Shown: positions 1 to 7,891 of the stretch, in pieces | Position numbering within the stretch: the stretch's first letter is position 1 | How the letters are laid out: every line of letters starts with the position of its first letter | Assembly (NCBI GenBank): GCA_041862375.1 | Contig: JBGVTE010000091.1 | Coordinates: 18,975-82,974 of the forward strand | Reading direction: 5' to 3' | DNA from: Candidatus Aminicenantaceae bacterium | Lineage (GTDB): Bacteria; Acidobacteriota; Aminicenantia; Aminicenantales; Aminicenantaceae | DNA: 64,000 nt | The notes under the pieces: generated by a model | The model's input: only the letters and a program-made list of their open reading frames with translations | Databases searched by the model: none | What the model was told of the DNA's origin: nothing | Translations under genes and position numbers: made by a program

Positions 1-415
1 TCTGATTCCCTTACCTCGAATCCTTTACTTTTCTAATATTTTCATTTTCAATCGGAAATCGCGGAAAATTGAGAGGGATTTGTGGCAAGCACAAAAAGGA
101 ATTTTTCATCCATAAATAAAATGATGATTGAGATCAGGCTGCTTAGTTTTCCATTAAAGGATCAATTGTTTTCTCTGGTGCAAGAAATTCAATTTCAAAC
201 CCATATTCAGAAGTATATGTTTCATCCTCGGCTGAAAGCCTGTCTATAAAGGCTCAGCGAGCCAAAACAAAGGCATAGAATCGATAACTCCGCCATCTTC
301 GATTCACTCCCCCCTTCTTTTAATCTTACCTTTTTTTTATAAGCCGTTAAGGAATCCAGAGTGCAGATATCTGCTCGAACTCTATTTCTCTAAAATATGT
401 CTATAGATCCTCATC

Positions 416-1111
416 CTATCGAACACCGATTGATTTTCCATACTCCTTCCAATGCTTCTTTATCTCTGGATAAACAAGCTTCAATGGAACAGCTTGACCT
501 GACTTAACCAGCTCTGGATTCTTAGCTTTCCACTCCTCAACATGCTCTTTCGAGCAGAAGAAGTTTATTTTAGGACAACACGTTTCTGCATCCGGAAGCG
601 AATCTTGACTTCCTGCTCTCCAGATCATGATGCCAGGGTGAGATTTCGACACGATATCTTCATTTCTTATCTCTACAGTTATATTGTGTTTGCACTTTCC
701 ACATCGGGATCCAATCCTGACATCTCTCTTAAACATAGCCGGCATCCCTAGAGCATCAACTGCGCACATGGCAAATAGCCTCTTCCCTTTCTCAAGAAAT
801 AATTGATGCGGCGTCGCTTCTAATGAGAATGGATAAATGCTTACAATCTCCTGAGTTCCCTTTCTCCTTAAAAGAAGATCTTTGCCTTCCAGTTCATCCA
901 GAGTGCGAATGATATCTTTACTGGGTCTTTTTAGTGTATCGCCTATTCTCTTTGGAGTTGGAGCTTTCCCAGACTTTAGAACAAAATTTAAGATAAACCT
1001 CAAGACTTCTTTTTCAGAGCGGCGGAGGTTACTGTAGGGTTGTTCGTTTGATACCGGTTTTTTCGCACACGTATTTTCGTTACACATTTTTCGCTCCAAT
1101 GAGTAATTCAA
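416..1111 (-). CDS. merB: Organomercurial (alkylmercury) lyase MerB-family protein with N-terminal HTH-like region
   Basis: The block KRLFAMCAVDALGMPAMFKRDVRIGSRCGKCKHNITVEI aligns by eye to the MerB core [39 protein letters not shown]. The block TCCPKINFFCSKEHVEEWKAKN matches MerB [22 protein letters not shown]. The catalytic Cys-x2-Asp and downstream Cys are conserved. Sequence recalled from memory, not searched. Confidence 0.6.
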   Translation of the reverse strand: MNYSLERKMCNENTCAKKPVSNEQPYSNLRRSEKEVLRFILNFVLKSGKAPTPKRIGDTLKRPSKDIIRTLDELEGKDLLLRRKGTQEIVSIYPFSLEATPHQLFLEKGKRLFAMCAVDALGMPAMFKRDVRIGSRCGKCKHNITVEIRNEDIVSKSHPGIMIWRAGSQDSLPDAETCCPKINFFCSKEHVEEWKAKNPELVKSGQAVPLKLVYPEIKKHWKEYGKSIGVR

Positions 1112-1117
1112 ACCATC

Positions 1118-2086
1118 CTATGCAGAATGCTCCAAAATCAATTTGATGGCCTGCTGACTGCAGTTAAAGGCACAGAGACCGCAGCCAAAACATTTACCTT
1201 GATCAATTTTAATATGTTCATTTTCATAAGAGATTGCCTCGAATATGCATTTTTCAATGCAGATTCCGCATTGATCGCACTTCTTTGAATCCTTTGAGGC
1301 AACGAATCCAGATTTTCCGATAGATGTGAAAATGCCATGCTTTTTTAAGCCCTGAACAAAGACACAACAGCATTCACAGCAATTGCAGAGAAAATTGGGA
1401 TCTTTTCTATTGTCGACGGAATGAACAAGGCCATTCTCTTCTGAAATCCGAAGGATTTCTAATCCTCTTCGTGTGTCTACTTCTTCTCCTATGCCTCTTT
1501 CGATGAAAAATTTTGCCTGCTCTCCCAGAGCTAAACAGACTCTCCGCGGTTTGCCGCATCTATTGAAGGTTGTTCTGCAGATGCAGTCTATAACGGAAAG
1601 AACAGTTGCCTTCTGAAGGTAGTAAATCGCCTGAAATTGGGGGATTAGTTGCCTCTTATCCTGAATAACCTGACCGATAGGAATGACCCGGTATACGGGT
1701 TTATGGCTTCCCCTCATTCTCTCCAGATACAACTCTGCAACATAATCTTGAAATAGAATTTTTTCTTTATCATTAAGCTTTAAATATTTCTGATCGTGAT
1801 TGACGAATCTTTTTATAATCTGATCAAAGGTGTTGCTCTCATAATACTGCTCTGATTCTTTCATTCGCCTGAGAAGATATCCTTTCCTGAAAAGAGACTT
1901 CAGAGTGGAAGATTTCACTCCGGGAAATCCTGCCGTTATGCTGGAGATTCTTTCTTCTCTCTCAGAAAGAAGATTCAATATGATAATCTCGTCTTCGCTA
2001 AAAATTTTAATTATATATTTTCTCAACTTTTGGGGTACTTTAAATCTTTTAGTGAAATTCTTCAGAATGTCATTCATCTCGAGCAT
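1118..2086 (-). CDS. HTH-domain protein with Cys-rich segment (CNCCECCC) and C-terminal 2x[4Fe-4S] ferredoxin-type domain
   Basis: Two CxxCxxCxxxC motifs (CDQCGICIEKC and CFGCGLCAFNC) are present. An additional vicinal-cysteine cluster lies upstream of them. The gene is 6 bp downstream of, and co-oriented with, the merB-like gene. Confidence 0.5.
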   Translation of the reverse strand: MLEMNDILKNFTKRFKVPQKLRKYIIKIFSEDEIIILNLLSEREERISSITAGFPGVKSSTLKSLFRKGYLLRRMKESEQYYESNTFDQIIKRFVNHDQKYLKLNDKEKILFQDYVAELYLERMRGSHKPVYRVIPIGQVIQDKRQLIPQFQAIYYLQKATVLSVIDCICRTTFNRCGKPRRVCLALGEQAKFFIERGIGEEVDTRRGLEILRISEENGLVHSVDNRKDPNFLCNCCECCCVFVQGLKKHGIFTSIGKSGFVASKDSKKCDQCGICIEKCIFEAISYENEHIKIDQGKCFGCGLCAFNCSQQAIKLILEHSA

Positions 2087-2119
2087 TCACCTTAAATCCT
2101 CCTAAAAAGAAGGATTTCA

Positions 2120-3628
2120 TTAAAGAATAGGAACCATCTCCAATTCTTTATCTTCTTTCCTTTTTTTTCTGAGTGATGTGTCAATGATTTCCCCCAAGAT
2201 TTTTATTCCCTCCTCAATCTTTTCCGGTGGAACGGCTGCAAAGCAGAGTCTCATCTCATTTTTCCCGCAGGATGAATTGTAAAAAAGATTTCCTAAACTG
2301 AAGCTGATGCCGCGTTTCATACTTTCTTCATACACCGGTCTCAGATCGACATCCTCAGGAAATTTAACCCAAATAAAGAGTCCGCCTTCAGGCTTTAGTA
2401 CTTCAACGGTTTTTGGAAAATATTCATGGATACATCTTATTATCGTATCCCTTCTCTCCCTGTATATTTTTCTTATTCTTCGGAGGTGAGTTTTCAGATA
2501 ACCTCTGGAATAGAATTTATAAAGGATGGCTTGGGAAATGGTGTTCGTAGCCAAATCTTCAACCTGCTTGAGAGCTATGAATTTGTCTCTTATGGACTCA
2601 TTCAGAACAGCCCATCCGACTCTGAACCCAGGTATCAATTCTTTTGATAAGGAATTTATGTAGATAACCTGATCTGTTCTATCCAAGGCTTTTAAAGGAG
2701 GCAATTCTTCACCTTCAAACCGTAAATCTCCGCTCACATCATCCTCGAGAATGGGAACATTGTATCTTTCGGCAAGAAAGATTACTTTTTTCCTCTTGCT
2801 CATACTCATTGTAACACCGGTGGGATTCTGAAAATTGGGTATCGTAAAAAGAAATTTTGGTTCGTATTTTCTTAACACCTCTTCAAGAGTGTCAGTATTC
2901 AGACCATCTCTTTCCATAGGTATTCCGATAATTTTAGCTTTGAGTGTATTAAGAATGCTCAATATCCCCGTGTATGTGGGCTCTTCAGTGACAACATAAT
3001 CTCCTGCCTCGATAAGAATTCTCGAGGTAATCTCAAGTGCTTGCTGGGATCCACTCGTGATGAATATGTTTTCGACAGTCGTTTCTACTCCCATATTTCT
3101 CATCTTCTTCTCCAAAGATTCCCTTAAAGGCAAGAATCCTTCAACCGGCCCGTAGCGAAAAATTTCGCTCTTTTCTTCCTTCAACACTGAGCTAAAACAT
3201 CTTTTAACTAAATCAACGGGATAGAGCTCATCATCAGGATGAGCGCCTCCAAACGAGATTTTCATCTTTGATATGCATGTTCTGTACAATTGGACTAGAG
3301 AAAATAAGGCATTATCATCCAACTCAGAGGAAAGGAAATTAGACCAATTGAACTTTCTATGGAACGATTTTCCAGTTCTGTCAACATGCACATTCATATC
3401 TGATACAAAGGTTCCCTTACCTACATGAGAATAGACCAATCCGTCTGCCTCAAGTTCTTCATAAGCTGTTAGGACTGTATTCCTGTTAATTTTCAGATTT
3501 TCAGCGAGATTTCTCGATGGAGGAAGCTTTGTATCCGGTCTGAAAACACCTGATATAATCAATTTTTTAATTTGATTTCTCAATTGGATATAATAAGGAA
3601 CATTTGATTCTCTATCGATGGTTATCAT
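2120..3628 (-). CDS. MocR/GntR-family transcriptional regulator fused to PLP-dependent aminotransferase-like domain
   Basis: N-terminal GntR winged-HTH (VPYYIQLRNQIKKLIISG...LPPSRNLAENLKINRNTVLTAYEEL) is followed by an aminotransferase class I/II fold. Transcribed divergently from the PAD-like gene. Confidence 0.8.
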   Translation of the reverse strand: MITIDRESNVPYYIQLRNQIKKLIISGVFRPDTKLPPSRNLAENLKINRNTVLTAYEELEADGLVYSHVGKGTFVSDMNVHVDRTGKSFHRKFNWSNFLSSELDDNALFSLVQLYRTCISKMKISFGGAHPDDELYPVDLVKRCFSSVLKEEKSEIFRYGPVEGFLPLRESLEKKMRNMGVETTVENIFITSGSQQALEITSRILIEAGDYVVTEEPTYTGILSILNTLKAKIIGIPMERDGLNTDTLEEVLRKYEPKFLFTIPNFQNPTGVTMSMSKRKKVIFLAERYNVPILEDDVSGDLRFEGEELPPLKALDRTDQVIYINSLSKELIPGFRVGWAVLNESIRDKFIALKQVEDLATNTISQAILYKFYSRGYLKTHLRRIRKIYRERRDTIIRCIHEYFPKTVEVLKPEGGLFIWVKFPEDVDLRPVYEESMKRGISFSLGNLFYNSSCGKNEMRLCFAAVPPEKIEEGIKILGEIIDTSLRKKRKEDKELEMVPIL

Positions 3629-4019
3629 CTTAAACCTCCAATTGACATAATAATATTATCAATAATATAAAAAAAATAAAGAGCCAATTATAACAATTTT
3701 ATATAAGCCAATTCTAGAAACTTGAATTTAACTTTCTCTTCTTGGTCAGTAAAATATATATTTCATATTTTCTATAGTCATCATCAATTCACTTCTGCTG
3801 AAAATAGCCGGTGCATAAGTGTGCCCAAACCTTACAGTCTCTTCCCCCTATTTCTCTGTGTTTGACCACAAGGTTTCTCTATGATATAGGTTGTAAGGGA
3901 TGTCAGAGAACGGAAATCGAACGAAAATGTGAGTAAAACACGGCTCTCAAGAAATTATTATCGTCTTTTCTTGAAGAGACAAGCTCTGCTGAAGAACAAA
4001 CTTAAGTACGACAAAAAGA

Positions 4020-5774
4020 ATGAAATACTTCCGAAAGGATAATGTAATGATCCGTACATTACGTTCAAAAAATCAATCGAATAGCCGGCTTTTTCTTGTT
4101 TTTATGGTCGGATTGGCGATTTTTTTGTCTCAGGTCTTGGTCTGCAAAAAATCTGAGCCAAGCAAGGTTCAGATCACTACTGATGTTAACAGGGATGGAA
4201 AGGTTGAATTCAGAACGGATAAGCAGGGGAAAAACGAATGGACTCCTGAGCGAGGAGCTATTTTCCTTAATAACAATGACAGTGACCAGGACACAAATGA
4301 GCCCGACTATGCTGATGATGTTATTAATGGACAGGAAGACATTAAAGATCTTTCAGTCATCAAGATCAGACAAATCCATGATCTGCCGGAGGATTCTCAA
4401 GTTGATATTTCTGTCGACGAAGCATCCATGTCCCGGGTTCGCTTATTCGTGAAGACAGCAAAAAATGAGTATAAAAACCTAACTTTATCAGCTAAATCCA
4501 ATATAAATCCTGCACAGTTGAGAAATGGTGACCTGGAACTGAGAATAGAAGCAAATTCCTATGCGGACAGCACCTGGACCGGTGAAACGACTGTTACACT
4601 CACTGTGAACCGTCCCGATGGAGAAACAGAATCCGACGCAATCATGCTCAAAGTCGCCCCGTTCATTCTACTGTCCAACCTCAATAAGGGAAGTGCTCTT
4701 TATGTGAGAGAATTCCCTGGGAGGAATGACTCTTTCCTGGAGAGTCTGAGGGAGCTTTTACCCGCTGCCGGTGCTGAGTTGGTTGTGGTCCCTGCGGGAG
4801 ATCCCTATCCTCCCCATCAAATATGGCTCCAGGACGCTCTGGAGATTGGCTACTCGGAGATCCCGGGTCATAAGATGAATGTGGTTTTAAAAGCCAACCG
4901 CGGCAGGCCTCTCGATGATTATGCAAAGCAAGAGCTCATGGGGCCTGATTTCGGCTGGATCCAAGTCGGAACATTCCGAAAAGACTACGGTGGGGGAAGG
5001 CGCAGCAACGGCTGGCTGGACTGGTATGGAAACCTGGAAGTCACCCCGCCATTACCCGGATATCCATTCGGCCGGTTTTACTGCGGATACAATCCGGATG
5101 GACCTGAAGAGGCATCTTTGAATCCAGAGATCATTAGTATGCTCGAAGCTCAAAAAATCCAGGGCCCTGCATTACGTCTCGATACAGGATGGCTGCTGAT
5201 AAAACACGTAGACGAAGTTATATCCTTCCTGCCCAGCGGTAATCCTGAACGTCCTTACAAAGTCCTTGTTGTTGATACAGGGTCCATGATTGCCCTACTT
5301 GAAAAATGGATGGAAGAAGGACATGGCGAAACACAGATGCTTGGTCTCTCTTCCAAAAAAATGACCATAAAAGCCCTCTATGAAAATAAAGAGCTCATGG
5401 AACTGAATAAATCTCTTCAAAAGGCACGAATCGAACCGAATATCGATCTTCTCAAAAGTGAGCTGCGCCTGGTGGAGGAGGATTTTATCAGAGTACCTAT
5501 CCTCATTGATAAGTATGGAACCGCTGTCGTTCCCAACATGGTCAATTCCACAATTCTGAATGGACATATCCTGATTGTTGCTCCCAACGGCCCTGAGATA
5601 GATGGAAAAGACCAACTAGAAGAGGAGATGCGCAGGCTCCTTTCTGGCCTGCCATTAAAACTGCACTTTCTAGATGCAATCCTCTATCACAATTGGGGAG
5701 GTGAAGTCCACTGCGCTACAAATGTGAGACGCGATGGATTTCAAACTCCGTGGTGGACCATAAAACACCCATAG
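4020..5774 (+). CDS. Secreted/membrane-anchored protein-arginine deiminase (PAD) family homologue
   Basis: The C-terminus GGEVHCATNVRRDGFQTPWW matches the catalytic-Cys region of vertebrate PADs (GEVHCGTNVRR..F..WW). The blocks WLQDALEIGY and MGPDFGW resemble PAD WMQDEMEIGY / MGPDFGY. N-terminal hydrophobic signal/anchor (LFLVFMVGLAIFLSQVLVC). An alternative start is at 4047. Confidence 0.6.
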   Translation: MKYFRKDNVMIRTLRSKNQSNSRLFLVFMVGLAIFLSQVLVCKKSEPSKVQITTDVNRDGKVEFRTDKQGKNEWTPERGAIFLNNNDSDQDTNEPDYADDVINGQEDIKDLSVIKIRQIHDLPEDSQVDISVDEASMSRVRLFVKTAKNEYKNLTLSAKSNINPAQLRNGDLELRIEANSYADSTWTGETTVTLTVNRPDGETESDAIMLKVAPFILLSNLNKGSALYVREFPGRNDSFLESLRELLPAAGAELVVVPAGDPYPPHQIWLQDALEIGYSEIPGHKMNVVLKANRGRPLDDYAKQELMGPDFGWIQVGTFRKDYGGGRRSNGWLDWYGNLEVTPPLPGYPFGRFYCGYNPDGPEEASLNPEIISMLEAQKIQGPALRLDTGWLLIKHVDEVISFLPSGNPERPYKVLVVDTGSMIALLEKWMEEGHGETQMLGLSSKKMTIKALYENKELMELNKSLQKARIEPNIDLLKSELRLVEEDFIRVPILIDKYGTAVVPNMVNSTILNGHILIVAPNGPEIDGKDQLEEEMRRLLSGLPLKLHFLDAILYHNWGGEVHCATNVRRDGFQTPWWTIKHP

Positions 5775-5824
5775 ATCCTTGTTAGCTCGGCGGCATGCAC
5801 TCTCACCTGATCCAACCGTAGAAG

Positions 5825-6133
5825 GTGTTGGGTATCTGGTATTTAGAGAGGGAGCTGAAAAGAGTATTGGGAGAGGAGAAAAGGGAAACAGTCGAAAAGC
5901 TCAAATCTCTGGCTTTGGAAGGCAATGCCGAAGAAATAGTGAAACGATTGATGAAAGAAGTCTCAACTGATTTAGAGAAATCAGCGAAGATCTTCCAGGT
6001 GGCCGAATATGTGATGAACAATGCCGAATGGATCGGAAACATCCCCAAGGCCAAGGGATATGGATCCGGTCCTGTTGAAAAAACAGTATATATAACAGTA
6101 TCGAGAAGGTTTAAGAGAAGAGGGATGAGTTAG
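5825..6133 (+). CDS. Hypothetical charged small protein
   Basis: ORF only. No recognisable motif. Confidence 0.2.
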   Translation: MLGIWYLERELKRVLGEEKRETVEKLKSLALEGNAEEIVKRLMKEVSTDLEKSAKIFQVAEYVMNNAEWIGNIPKAKGYGSGPVEKTVYITVSRRFKRRGMS

Positions 6134-6247
6134 TATCGGCATGGAGTGAATCCTCTTCTTCAGATGAGGTTGTTGAAACTAAATGGAGACTGGGATGCTT
6201 ATTGGGATGAAAGAAAAGAGGAGGTAGCTCGATATGCAGCTTAAATG

Positions 6248-6271
6248 CCATCACGGAAAAAAAGATGCTTC
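6248..6271. repeat. Solo copy of the CATCACGGAAAAAAAGATGCTTCC repeat
   Basis: catcacggaaaaaaagatgcttcc. Same 24-mer family as 51213-51234 and the ends of the 54828-55117 element. Confidence 0.45.
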
Positions 6272-6464
6272 CAATTCACAGCAACTGAATATGAAAATTT
6301 ATCTTTTTTTACTAATACACATTTATAAATCTAATAAAACTACCTCCTAAAAATGGATTATTTTTATAAAACAAACATTCAATTCTTGAACTAAGGGCTA
6401 ATTTATAATTTTTAATTCATAGAAAACAAAAATGTTCAAAGAAAGGCATTATCACTTTAATCGT

Positions 6465-6493
6465 TTGACTCTCTAAATCTCAAGTGTTATAAG
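6465..6493 (+). promoter_or_regulatory. Sigma-70-like promoter (TTGACT-17-TATAAG) upstream of treT-like gene
   Basis: TTGACT at 6465-6470, a 17-nt spacer, then TATAAG at 6488-6493, ~60 bp upstream of the ATG at 6554. Confidence 0.45.
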
Positions 6494-6553
6494 AAAATGC
6501 CTAAGCACATAAAAAGCTGTAGCTGATAAAACTTAAGAGGAGAAATTTCTTAG

Positions 6554-7768
6554 ATGAAAAGTATGGATGATTACCTTCCGATTGTAGGAGAAAAGATCAT
6601 AGGGAATATTTATCAGCGGGCCCACAGGCTAATTAACAAGCATATCGTCCATATAAATTCAACTGCTCATGGTGGGGGAGTAGCTGAAATTCTGAATAAT
6701 TTAATTGTTCTCCTCAACGATATAGGAATTGATGTGGGCTGGAGAGTCTTGATTGGACCAACAGATTTTTTCAGTGTAACAAAAAAATTCCATAATGGCC
6801 TTCAAGGAGATTCTATCAACTTATCAGGCAATAAAAAGAAACTCTATTTAGATACTAATGAGAGATTTTCCAAGTTTACTCACTTGGGTCATGATTGTGT
6901 CATCATTCACGACCCTCAACCGCTCCCTTTGATTAAATTCAGTAAAAAGAAACAACCATGGATTTGGCGATGCCACATTGACATCACAAATCCAAACGAG
7001 GATGTCTGGAACTTCATCAAATCTTTTATCCTCCGCTATGATCTAATGGTGATTTCAAGTAAACGATTTAAAAAAAAGGATATCCCTCTTGAACAGAGAA
7101 TTATCCATCCATCTATTGATCCCTTATCTATGAAAAATATTTATCTATCCGACGAGGTTATTTCGAAAATATTGACGAAATTTTCTATTCCGACAGACAA
7201 ACCATTAATAACTCAAGTTTCACGTTTCGATCCCTGGAAAGATCCGGAAGGTGTTTTGAAAGTTTTTGAAATTGTTAAAGAGAAAATAGGCTGCCGTCTT
7301 GTTTACTGCTATAACATGGCTCCGGATGATCCTGAGGGAATCATCATCTATAACAAGATGAGAAAGAAGGCTAATAAATATTTAGAAAAGGGAGATGTCC
7401 TTTTTGTTCTTGGAGATAATCAGGTTTTGGTCAACGTATTGCAGAGAATATCTTCAGTCATTCTTCAGAAATCAACGAGGGAAGGATTTGGTCTAACTGT
7501 CGCTGAATCTCAATGGAAAGGAACACCTGTTGTGGCTTCCAATATTGGAGGAATTCCAGAGCAAATTATTGATAACGAAACAGGATTCCTTGTTGATCCC
7601 TATGATATCCCAGGATGTGCTGACAGAGTTATTACCCTGCTTAAAGATAAAAAATTAGCTAAAGATATGGGAAGAAAAGGAAAAGAATTCATTAAAAAAA
7701 ATTTTCTCATCACCCGCCATATTACCGATTATCTGAATCTTATGATAGATGTTCTGAACAATTATTAA
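6554..7768 (+). CDS. treT: Trehalose glycosyltransferring synthase TreT-like (GT4 glycosyltransferase)
   Basis: The blocks VHINSTAHGGGVAEIL, WRCHIDI, ITQVSRFDPWKDP, APDDPEG, REGFGLTVAE and NFLITRH match archaeal/Thermotoga TreT as recalled from memory. Adjacent to otsA-otsB. Confidence 0.65.
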   Translation: MKSMDDYLPIVGEKIIGNIYQRAHRLINKHIVHINSTAHGGGVAEILNNLIVLLNDIGIDVGWRVLIGPTDFFSVTKKFHNGLQGDSINLSGNKKKLYLDTNERFSKFTHLGHDCVIIHDPQPLPLIKFSKKKQPWIWRCHIDITNPNEDVWNFIKSFILRYDLMVISSKRFKKKDIPLEQRIIHPSIDPLSMKNIYLSDEVISKILTKFSIPTDKPLITQVSRFDPWKDPEGVLKVFEIVKEKIGCRLVYCYNMAPDDPEGIIIYNKMRKKANKYLEKGDVLFVLGDNQVLVNVLQRISSVILQKSTREGFGLTVAESQWKGTPVVASNIGGIPEQIIDNETGFLVDPYDIPGCADRVITLLKDKKLAKDMGRKGKEFIKKNFLITRHITDYLNLMIDVLNNY

Positions 7769-7891
7769 CATTTTCCTATTAATTCTTTCAGATCGCTCCT
7801 TCTCTTTTATTACACCACGTTTGAGTCAATTCCGTCTGGGCTGATTTGAAATTATTGGCGTAAATCTATAAAATGAAAGAAAGTCTAATTT

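Noticed and set aside
1118-2086. Interpretation of the Fe-S protein and MerB pair as an HgcAB-like mercury-methylation system
   Set aside because: HgcA is a corrinoid protein with a conserved cap helix and TM domain. Nothing corrinoid-like is present, and the ferredoxin here is fused to an HTH domain, unlike HgcB.
4681-4926. Numerous 60-120 aa antisense or out-of-frame ORFs nested inside large genes (e.g. 4681-4926, 8992-9297, 15152-15504, 18838-19134, 28962-29413, 31459-32082, 37481-37844, 39281-39751)
   Set aside because: They overlap confidently assigned genes on the opposite strand or in another frame, have no motifs, and are low-complexity or biased by GC content. Treated as spurious.
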